From Mobula hypostoma (Eukaryota), in contig NC_086097.1 in the NCBI RefSeq assembly GCF_963921235.1, forward strand, positions 195,364,001 to 195,428,000: a stretch of 64,000 nucleotides of DNA. Direction: 5' to 3'. Positions 1 through 9,660 of the stretch are shown here, in pieces (the stretch's first letter is position 1; the number at the start of each line of letters is the position of its first letter). A program made the translations under genes and the position numbers. The notes under the pieces were generated by a model. The model searched no databases. It worked only from the letters and a program-made list of their open reading frames with translations, and was not told where the DNA came from.

Positions 1-56
1 GAGGACCTGAGTTATATCGGGAAAGGTTGAGTAAATTAGGACTTCATTCTCTAGAA

Positions 57-1916
57 TAGTGGTCACCAACCTTTTTAAGCCCAAGATCCCCTACCTTGAC
101 CTTAGTAAAAGGCAAGCTCTACGTACTAAATGATTTAGAGAAAAAAAATCTCAGATTGTACTTCCAATTTGAGGCCTTTTATTTGGGCTAATTGTATTTG
201 AATTACACAATACTTTCGTCAAACTTTCAAATTAATTCAAGCAAGAAAACACTAACTAGCATATCAAATAGGCCACAGCTGTCTTACTTTAAGAATATTA
301 CAATACTTCACACCTTTAATTCCAATTTTCATTATTTAATTTTATTTCAACATGAAAAATAAATGAATAAAAATTGACTGTTGCACATAGTGTAATGACT
401 GGGGCTGAATACTTTCTGCTAGTCCCCTGAAATTTGGCACATAACTACAGACAGCCAGTCTGAGACAGTCTATGAGGTGTCTGTCAGTAGGACAGCTCCT
501 GTACTAGATTTAATAATTTTCATCTGTGAAAATGCAATTTCACATAGGTAAGTTGACCCGAAGTAGGCACTGACTTTTAGTGCTATAAAACCAATGCGCA
601 CACTGCGCATTGCTGGGGCCTCATCAGTGGTAATTGCCACCAGTTTATGAATGGGGATGTCATTTTCACGGACATATTTTTTTAACTCCTTGTAAGTATC
701 CTCACCTCTCGTTTTCTCCTTTAATTGCAAAAGAGTGAGGAAGTCCTCCTTTGTTGTTAGATTCTGGAAAGCCATACTGACAAATACAACAAGCTGAGCT
801 GTTTGCATTACATCCAGGGATTCATCAAACTGTAGTGAAAATCATTCACAGAGTGACAAGTCGATCCACGAACTCTGACAGTGACTCTGCCCTCCTTGTC
901 ACTGTTGCAGGGCCAAGCGGTATATTATGTATTGTGGTTGTGATGCCGTTTTTGTTTTTAAAGTCATTAAAAACAGTCTCTGCGGTAATGGCCATTGCTT
1001 CCTTGAATAAATTGCCATCTGTAAAAGACTTCTTGTGTTTAGCCAAAAGGTGACTTACATGAAATGATGCTTCAATAGCAGCCTTACTTTGAGCAGTATG
1101 TTTTTTGAAAAACGATTGCTGGGCCTTCAACCCAGATTTCAGTTCCTCCACTTTCCTGGCATGAATTGCTCTCTTTGGGGTGTAGGTGTCTTTAAATTCC
1201 TGGTGGTTGGCGTTGTGCTGCTGCTCCAGATTCCCTCTCTTAGTCAGTGCTTGTGTTTGATGGCACAACATACATACACACTTGTCTTTCACCAAGGTAC
1301 ATAGGAATTCTTCTTCCCATTCTAGATGGAATTTGTACATTTTCGCCGCGTTTTGTGGAGCCTCCGCCATGCTATCAGGATATCATGAGCGATTGCCGAT
1401 TGCGTCGCCTCTGATCTGGGCCGACATTTATGTGCCGGGCGGCACCTAATTAATTAGCTGGTTTATTTCGGCTTTTTTCTTAAAGATGCGCTGTGTGTGT
1501 TCCGACTACCGCTGCACCCCTGCATTCTTCGCAGCAATGTATCGGTCCACGGCCCGGAGGACGGGGACACTGCCGTATATTGATGTTTGCGACAATCTGT
1601 ACTCTTATCTAATCTAATTGGTCACTTTGATGCAGCACAAGCTATGCTGAAAACGCGGTACATGGCAGGGGAGCTACACACGAGCACACTGGGCAGAAAG
1701 AACAGAACTAAAACCCTGCAACCCGGAAACAATCTCTCTTTACAAACAGCTTTCAGTAGCGAAAGTATTGCTATATTACCATTATCCTAATTAGTATTAT
1801 TTTTTTGAATGCTCACATTACAACAGTATTTGTGTATTTTTGATTTTTTTTGCGATCTACTGAGAAAGTCTCAAAGATTGACCGGTCAATCGCGATCGAC
1901 GGGTTGGCGACCACTA
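57..1916 (-). mobile_element. hAT DNA transposon (Buster/Charlie/SPIN-like), internally deleted
   Basis: 16-bp TIRs TAGTGGTCACCAACCT (57-72) and GGGTTGGCGACCACTA (1901-1916). Degenerate 8-bp TSD CTCTAGAA (49-56) / CCCTTGAA (1917-1924), 6/8 match, with the central TA typical of the Buster family. Transposase remnants on the minus strand. Confidence 0.92.
385..1370 (-). pseudogene. hAT transposase pseudogene (GTF2IRD2/ZBED8-like family)
   Basis: ORF 846-1370 has a BED-like finger (CMLC...H...H) and 'HKKSFTDG'. ORF 470-808 has catalytic 'ITTDEAPAM' almost directly followed by the C-terminal dimerisation motif 'FGSTYLCEIAFSQMKIIKS'. Frameshifts and a large internal deletion. Confidence 0.85.
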
Positions 1917-2662
1917 CCCTTGAATATGGTAGACTGAGAAGAGATTTGATAGAGGTATACAAAATTATGAGGGGTATAGATAGGGTAAACGCAAGCAGGC
2001 CTTTCCCACTGAAGTTGGGTGAGATTACATCTGGAGGTCATGGGTTAAGGGTGAATGTTGAAATGTTTAAAGGGAACCTTCTTCACTCAGAGGGTGGTGA
2101 GAGTGGAATGAGATGCCAACGCAAGTGGTGGATGAGTTGATTTCAACATTTAAGAGAAATTTGGATCGATACATGGATTGGAGGGGTAAGGTCCAGATGC
2201 AGATCAATGGGATTGGGCAGATTAATGATTCAGCATGGACTAGATGGGCTGAATGGCCTGTTTCTATGCTGTAGTGTTCTATGACTCTATGACCTCCAAG
2301 GTGGTAATATCCGGATTACTGCCAGTGCCACAAGCTAGTGAAGGTCAGAACAGGAAGGTAGCACAGATGAATGAGTGGCTGAGGAGATGGTGCAGGGGGC
2401 AGGTTTCAATTTCTTGGAACATTGAAACCTTTTCTGGGGAAGGGATGACCTGTACAGGTGGGATGGGTTGCACCTAAACTGGAGGAGAACCAACATCTTG
2501 GGAAGAAAGTTTGCTAATGCTATTGGGGAGGGTTTAAACTAGCTTTGCAGGGTGGTGGGAACATAGGAGAATAGGCAGTGGATGGAGTGACTGGCACACA
2601 AGTAGAGACAACTTGTAGGGAGTTTATGAGGAAGGATAAGATGATAGAGCAAAGATGCAGGT

Positions 2663-5453
2663 TTGAGATGTGTCTATTTTAATGCACGGAGTATCATAAG
2701 CAAGGTGGGTGAACTTAGAGCATGGATCAATACATGGAACTATGATGCTATGGCCATTATAGAGACTTGGATGGCTCTGGAACAGGAATGGCTGCTGAGT
2801 GTGCTGGGCTTAAGATGTTTCAAAAAGGACAGGGAGGGAGGCAAAAGAGGTGGGGGCTTGGCATTGCTAATCAAGGATAGTATCACGGCTGCAGAAAAGG
2901 AGGAAGTCATGGAGGGATTGTCTACTGAGTCATTGTGGGTGGAAGTCAGAAACAGGAAGGGGGCAATAACTCTACTGGGTGTTTATAGATGCTCAATAGT
3001 AACAGGGACACTGAGGAGCAGATTCTGGAACAGTGCAATAATAATAATAGGGTTGTTGTGATGGGGTGATTTTAACTTTCCTAATATTGACTGGCATCTC
3101 CTTAGAGCAAGGGGTTTAGATAGGATGGAGTTTGCTAGGTGTGTTCAGGAAGGTTTCCTGATGCAATATGTAGATAGGCCAACCAGAGAAGAGGCTGTAT
3201 TTGATTGGTATTTGGAAATGAACCTGGTCAGGTGTCAGATCTTTCAGTGGGAGAGCATTTTGGGGGTAGTGATCATAACTCTTTCTCCTTTACCATAACT
3301 CTGGAGAGGATAGGAGCAGACAATTTAGGAAAATATTCAACTGGGGTAGGGGAAAATATGATGTTATTAGGCAGGAACTTGGGAACATAAAGTTGTAGCA
3401 GATGCTCTCAGGGAAATACATGGCAGAAATGTGGCAAATGTTCAGGAAATATTTACATGGCATTCTGCATAGGTATGTTCCATTGAGACAGGGAAAGGAT
3501 GGTACTGTCAAAGAACCATGGTATAGAAGCAATATAGAAAATCTAGTTAAGAAGAAAAGCATATGAAAAGTTCAAGAAACTAGGTATCGTTAGAGCTCCA
3601 GAAAATTACAAGCGTGACAGGAAGGAGCTCAAGAATGAAATTAGGAGAGCCAGAAGGGGCCATGAGAAGGCCTTGGCGAGCAGGATTAAGGAAAACCACA
3701 AGGCATTCTAAAAGTATGTGAAGAACAAGTGGATGAGCCATGTGAGAATAGGACCAATCAGAAGCGATAGTGGAAAAATGTGCGTGGAACCGGAGGAGGT
3801 AACAGGGGTACTTAATGAATACTTTGATTCAGTATTCACCAGTGAAAAGGACTTTGACAATGATAGGGTTGAGTTAGTGGACTGAAATGCTTAAGTGTAT
3901 AGACATGAAGAAAGAGGATGTGCTGGAGCTGTTAAAATGTATTAAGAAGATAAGTCATCAGGACTAGATGAGATATACCCCAGGTGAGTGAGGAGATTGC
4001 TGAGCCTCTGGTATCATCAATAAGGATGAGAGAAGTACCAGAGGACTGGAAGGTTGCAAATGTTGTTCAAGAAAGTGAGTAGAGATAATCCAGGAAATTA
4101 TAGACCAGTGAGTCTTACTTCAGTGGTGGACAAGTTGTTGGAGAAGATCCCGAGAGGCAGGATTTATGAGCATTTGTAGAGACATAATCTGATTAGGGCT
4201 AGTCACCATGGCTTTGTCAAGGGCAGGTCAAGCCTTATGAGCCTGATTGAGGCAGAACCAATCCTGCCGAAGGGTTTCAGCCCAAAACATCAACTGTACT
4301 TTTTTCCATAGATGCTGCCTAACCTACTGAGTTCTTCCAGCATTTTGTGTATGTTACTTGGATTTCCAGCACTTGCAGACTTTCTCTTGTTTGGAACCCG
4401 ATTTAATTATTTGAGGATGTAACAAAACACATTGAAGGTAAATCACTGATGTACTGTATATGGATTTTAGTAAGGCATTTGATAAGGTTCCCCATGTAAG
4501 GCTCATTCAGAAAGTAAGGCAGCATGGGATCCAAGGAGGCCATGCTTTATGTATCCAGAATTGGCTTACCCACAGAAGGCAAGAGGTGGCTGTAAATGGT
4601 TTGTATTCTGCATGGAGGCTGGTGACCAGTGGTGTTCTGCAGGGATCAGTTCTGGGATCCCTCCTCTTTGTGATTTTTATAAATGACCTGGATGATGAAG
4701 TGGGGGGGGGGGGGGTTGTAAGTTTGCTGATGATACAAAAGTTGGTGACGTTGTTATGTTCTGGAGGGTTGTCAGAAGTTACAGTGGGACATTGATAGCA
4801 TGCAGAACTGGGCTGAGAAGTAGCAGATGGACTTCAATCCAGATAAGTGCGAACTGGTTCATTTTGGTAGGTCAAATAGATTGGTAGGTAGAATATAATA
4901 TTAATGTTAAGACTCTTGGCAATGCGGAGTATCAGAGAGATCTTGGGGTGTGTGTCCATAAGACACTCAAAGCTGCTGCACAGGTTGACATTGTTGTTAA
5001 GAAGACATATGGTGTGTTGGTCTTCATCAACTGTGATATTTAGTTCCAGAGCCATGAGGTAATGTTACAGATATATAAGACCTTAGTTAGATCCCACTTG
5101 AAGTATTGTGTTCAGTTCCGGTCACCTCACTGCAGAAGAGATTTAGAAGGATGTTGCCTGGATTGGAGAGCGTGCCTTATGAGAATAGGTAGAGTGAACT
5201 TGGCCTTTTCTCCTTGGAGTGACAGAGGATGAGAGGTGACCTGATAGAGGTGTTTAAGATGATGAAAGGCATTGATTGTGTGGATAGCAGAGGCTTTATC
5301 AGGGCTGAAATGGACAATATGAGGGGGCATAGTTTTAAGGTGCTTGGAAGTAGGTACAGAGGGGATGTCAGGGATAAGCTTTCACACAGTGGTGGGTGTG
5401 TAGAATGCACTGCCAGTGATGGTGGTAGAGGTGGATACAATAGGGTCTTTTAA
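2663..5453 (+). pseudogene. CR1 ORF2 (APE endonuclease-reverse transcriptase), frameshifted
   Basis: Collinear ORF fragments 2663-3061, 3205-3390, 4460-4795 and 5229-5453. Confidence 0.88.
4251..4392 (+). mobile_element. Penelope-like element 3' terminal fragment with degenerate hammerhead motif, inserted in CR1 RT
   Basis: 'atcctgccgaagggtttcagcccaaaacatcaactg...atagatgctgcctaacctactgagttcttccagcattttgtgt...tttccagcacttgcag' matches the tails at 17561-17693 and 23955-24089. Imperfect flanking duplication gagcctgattga/gaacccgattta. Confidence 0.8.
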
Positions 5454-5672
5454 CAGACTCTTAGGTAGGTACATGGAGCTGAGAAGAATAGAGGGCTAAG
5501 CAGTAGGGAAACTCTAGGCAGTTTCTAGAGTAGGTTATGTGGTCGACACAACATTGTGGGCCGAAGGCCCTGTAATGTGCTGTAGAATTCTGTGTTTTAT
5601 AATATGATATGAGGAATGTACAAATTTAATAAAAGCACATAACTATGGGTGTCCAGTATTAAATCGCAGATG

Positions 5673-5910
5673 TAATATTAATATGAGACAAGAGACAGTA
5701 GGTGCTGTAATCTGGAGCAACATGCAAAAAGTTGGATGAAATCAGTGGGTTAAGCAGTATCTATGGAGGAAAAGTATCAGTTGATCTTTCAGGTTGAGAC
5801 CCTTCACCTGGACTGAAAGATCGAAGGGAGAAAATGTTCAGGAAAGGAGTGGAGCAAAATCTGGCAGGCTGTAGGTAGAACAATTGAGGTGGAGGATGCA
5901 GGCATGAGGA
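5673..5910 (-). mobile_element. Degenerate Penelope-like 3' terminal fragment
   Basis: Reverse complement of about 5762-5818 reads 'ttcagtccaggtgaagggtctcaacctgaaagatcaactgatacttttcctccatag', a decayed copy of the hammerhead-bearing tail. Confidence 0.7.
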
Positions 5911-6166
5911 TGAATTTTTGATTGCCAGCACTGTTTCCCAGTATGTACAAGAATTTTTCTTTGCCCTGCAGAAGATGCAAGACACATATCCTGCTTACGT
6001 AAGAAATAGAAGCAGGAGTAGGCCAATTAGCCCAGTTGAGCCTGCTCCACCATTCAATATATCAGAGCTGATCTGGCCATGGACTCAGTTCGACCTACCT
6101 GGCTTTCCCCCAATAGCCCTTAATTCCACAGCCATGCAAAAATCTATGTAACTGTGTCTTAAATAT

Positions 6167-6604
6167 GACATGATGAATAAACCTTTCTTGGGCTTCAAGC
6201 CGGGTACTGGTATCGATTATAACCAAAGTTTTGACGGCAAACTCTGCCATCTTTTTCAGGAATGATGCCTGGGCATGTTTAGTCCAGTGGTATTTGTACT
6301 CCTGTAGTCTGTCCCTCCTGATTGGTTAGTCCTCATAGCTCTCCCACCTTCTTTACAATCGAATTCCAGTTCTTACTTTGTTTGAGACCTTCACCTTGTT
6401 AAAATTATTTTCCTCTAGTTTTATTTCAATGGCTTCCTTTACCAGGCAGCTCCAAAAGCCATTGGCACGGCACAGTAGTTTTGACTTCGACAGACTAGAC
6501 ATGCCCAGGCATCATCCCTGAAGAAGATGCTGGAGTCTGTCATCGGAACGTTGGTTGTAATCTATACCTGTACCTGGCAGGAAGCCAAGAAGAGTTTATG
6601 TGTC
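6167..6604 (-). mobile_element. Second Penelope-like family (Penelope/Poseidon type): GIY-YIG C-terminus plus inverted terminal repeat
   Basis: Minus strand about 6385-6482 translates to KLLCRANGFWSCLVKEAIEIKLEENNFNK (PLE endonuclease C-terminus). Inverted repeat of about 110 bp, 6167-6284 vs 6493-6604. Flanks tgtgtcttaaata / tgtgtcgtaaata. Confidence 0.82.
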
Positions 6605-6707
6605 GTAAATACATTTAATTAGGTAGCCTTACTCCATCTCTGGGTATTCAGTTCCATAGATTTGTTACTCTGAGAAAAGCAGTTTCTCCTCATCTCCATC
6701 CTAAATC

Positions 6708-7179
6708 TGTTGGGTTCTGATGTTTTAATGCAAGGTTTTTGCAGAAGTCAGAAAAGAGGCACAAAACCTGTTGCTGCATAAATTTTAAGCATTAGTAGAA
6801 CAAAGAGTGAGCTGAAAATAAACAGTGATAGAGGTCTACTACTTGAAGAGAGGGATCTAAGATGGCAGTGCCTCATGGTGCAGCTCTTTTTATACCACAT
6901 GGAAAAGGACATTTCCATTCAGATTCATAGATCAGTTAACCAATGGGAAAGCTACTATTCAAATAATGCAGCAGTAAGAGAAGCTGCCAGAACTTTCCAG
7001 AACTTTACTAATATAGCCACTGAATATGCATATACATATAGTAGTCAGTAGGAAACATTGTAAGCAGTTACTTGTATATAAGTAATTATATAAAATACAA
7101 GCAGATAATTAATTGTTAAGCTGCAAAGTAAGTAACAATTAAACAGTCTAATCTAAGCAGTAAACAGTTGGATCCAATA
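6708..7179. mobile_element. Candidate decayed solo LTR / unclassified insertion
   Basis: Interrupts the CR1 3' end. Ends TGTTGGGTTC...GGATCCAATA form an imperfect inverted pair. No coding signal. Confidence 0.35.
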
Positions 7180-7589
7180 ACTGCTATCTGGGAAAAGCAG
7201 CTTCTTCCGATCTCCATCCTAAATCTGTTTGCCTAAATCTTGAGGCTGTGGGCCCCAAATCTAATCTCATTTACCAATGGAAACAAGTTTCCAACCCCCA
7301 TCTTATTTATCCCTTCAATAATTTTATACATTTCTATGAAATCTCCTCTCCTTTTGAATTCCAGCAAGAGCTTAGTCTACAAATTATAATATTTTGTTCC
7401 AGCTGAACTAGAGAAAAATCTTGAAGGCATGGTGCTACCTTCAACAATTTTGTTGCCAAGCTGGACTACCAACATCTTCAACTTTGTCAGTAAGCAAGAT
7501 GTATAAAAAGGAGAACAAGTATAGCAGAAGTGGTCATTTTGTGAGGTGGTACAAGGTCAAAGTGCTCTATTGATGAAGTCAATTTGGTG

Positions 7590-8170
7590 AGGAGGGCAAT
7601 TCGTGATCAGACAAATTTTGTTATAAGTAGGGTCAGAATATAAAGAGTATGGAAGTAAGGGCAAAGGTTACCCTTACAAAAATTGGGAGATCAGGGATAT
7701 TGAATGTTCTTGCTGACTATACATGCTGGAAAAGATGTCCAGCTACATCTTTTCTCTGACCACAGAGTAACTGGACTTGGTGTGGACCATAGAAGATACA
7801 GAAAATGACATAAATAGTATATTTAGCAACTTGGTCATATCAGAGATACAGAAATAAAAGAGATGGGTGACCAGAAGGCTGGTAACTGCAGGTAGTGCAA
7901 GAGTCAACTGTTGTCACTCTACTCTCAAACAGATATGTTATTCTGGATACTGTTGGAGGATGACCTCTGAGAGGAAAATGGCAGCATCAGTCAAATTTGT
8001 GTCATTACATTTGGCTCTGATGATCAGGAGCGGAGGGAAACATCTAGACAAGCATGGGGGAATTTATCAGAGAGGTGAAAAGACAAGAATTCCTGTGACC
8101 AAGAGCAAGATTCTGGATTTACCTGTTGCTTTCCTCCTGCAAGGGAGAAGGATGCACCACAGTTGACACC
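7590..8170 (+). mobile_element. Highly decayed CR1 5'/ORF1 fragment
   Basis: Weak similarity to ORF1 regions at 41240-41600 and (reverse) 22900-23400, e.g. 'agatgggtgacc', 'ctgttgctttcctcctgcaaggg'. Confidence 0.45.
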
Positions 8171-8289
8171 AACTCCATCAAGACTTGTGTGGAAGAGTGT
8201 GCGCCTCGGAAAACATACCAGACATACCCAAACCAAAAGCAATGGATGAACCAGGAGATTCGTAGTCATCTGGGGGCAAGATAAATGGC

Positions 8290-9660
8290 ATTCAACAGTT
8301 TGTCAACTTCAAAAGCTTTGACTCCAACTTCGATCCTGCCCTCAAAATTTACCTGGTCCATTTCAGACACATTCCTCCCTTTCTGAATCTCTCTGTCTCT
8401 AACTCTGAAGGCAGTTTATCAACTGATATCTTTTATAAACCCACTGATTCTCACAGCTATCTGGACTATATCTCTTCCCACCTTGTCACTTGTGAAAATG
8501 TCATCCCCTTCTTTCAAATCCTACATATCCACTGCATCTACTCTTGGGATGAGGCTTTTCATTCTAGAACTAATGAGACGTCCTCTTTCTTCAAAGAAAG
8601 GAGTTTTCCTTCCTCCACCATCAATACTGCCCTCAACTGCATCTCTTCCTTTCTGTACACGCCTGCCCTCACCCCATCCTCCTGCCACCCCACCAGGGAT
8701 AGGGTTTCTCTTGTCCTCACCTACCACCCCACCAGCCTTTGCATACCGCACATAATTCTCTGCAACTTCTGCCATCTCCAACAGGATCCCACCACCAAGC
8801 ACATCTTTCGGTATCTCCAACTTTCTGCTTTCTGCAGGGATCACTCCCTATGTGACTCCCTTATCCATTCATCCCTCCCCACTGATTTTCTACCTGGCAC
8901 TTATCCTGGCAAGCAGAAAAGAGCCACGCCTGCCCCTACACCTCCTCCCTCATTACCACTCAGGACCCCAGACAGTCCTTCCAGGTGAGGCAACAGTTCA
9001 CCTGTGAGTCAGTTGGGGTCATCTACTGTATCCGGTGCTCCTGGTGTGGCCTCCTACATGTCAGTGAGACCTGATGTAGATTGGGGAACTATTTCACAAA
9101 GCACCTATACTCCATCTGCTGGAAAATGCAACATCTCACGGTGGCCACGCATTTTAATTCTACTTCCCATTCCGACATGTCAGTTCATAGCCTCTTCTAC
9201 TGCCGTGATGAGGCCACACTCAAGTTGGAGGAGAAGCACCTTACATTCTGTTTGGCTTGCCTCCACCCGATAGTATGAACATCAATATCTCGAATTTATA
9301 GTAATCGCCCAACTCCCTTTCCTTCCCCATTCCCGTTTTCCCCCTCTCACTGTATCTCCTTACCTGTCCATCATCTCCCTCAGGTGCATCTCCCTGTTCC
9401 CTTTCTTCCATGGGTTTCTCTGTCCTCCCCTATCAGATTCACCCTTCTCCAGCCTTTTATTTCTGTCACCAATCAACTTTCCAGCTCTGTACTTCACCCC
9501 TTCCCCTCTCCTGGTTTCACCTATCACCTGCCAGCTTGTACTTCCTCCTTCCTCCCACCACTTTCTTACTCTGACTTCTCATCTCTTTTTTCCCAGTCCT
9601 AATAAAGGGTCTCGGCCCAAAATGTTGACTGTTTACTCTTTTCCACAGATGCTGCCTGGC
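8290..9660 (+). mobile_element. Penelope-like retroelement (Neptune type), 5'-truncated; tail resumes at about 12681-12712 after a CR1 insertion
   Basis: Remnants of STDIFYKPTDSHSYLDY, the Cys-linker and the GIY-YIG region, collinear with 41988-42874. Pyrimidine-rich 3' UTR. Degenerate hammerhead at 9595-9631. 'gatgctgcctggc' (9660) continues as 'ctgctgaattcttccagcattttatgtgtgtt' (12681). Confidence 0.9.

Larger units (their letters stand above)
1..2290 (+). mobile_element. CR1 LINE 3' end (ORF2 C-terminus + 3' UTR), split by a hAT insertion at 57-1916
   Basis: Removing 57-1916 joins 'ttaggacttcattctctagaa' to 'tatggtagactgagaagagatttgatagaggtatacaaaattatgagg' (LEYGRLRRDLIEVYKIMRGIDRV, typical CR1 ORF2 C-terminus). 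Tail 'gtgttctatgactctatgac' near 2275-2293. Confidence 0.85.
2291..5600 (+). mobile_element. CR1 LINE, 5'-truncated within ORF1, decayed
   Basis: ORF1 esterase remnant 'KVVISGLLPVP...MNEWLRRWC', APE 'YFNARSI...IIETW', 'SDHN', RT '[12 protein letters not shown]', 'GVLQGSVLG', C-terminus 'RGDLIEVFKMMKG', and a 3' UTR. Confidence 0.93.
6001..7370 (-). mobile_element. CR1 3' end, interrupted by insertions at 6167-6604 and about 6708-7179
   Basis: Starts 'aagaaatagaagcaggagtaggccaattagcccagttgagcctgctccaccattcaat' (reverse complement of the CR1 3' UTR, compare 38900-39000) and continues after the insertions. Confidence 0.7.

Noticed and set aside
385..1370. Domesticated host gene (GTF2IRD2/ZBED8/EPM2AIP1)
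   Set aside because: Frameshifted, internally deleted and still flanked by TIRs and a TSD.
4702..4715. G14 homopolymer as a functional G-quadruplex
   Set aside because: Expansion of a G-rich patch in a decayed CR1 RT, with no other support.
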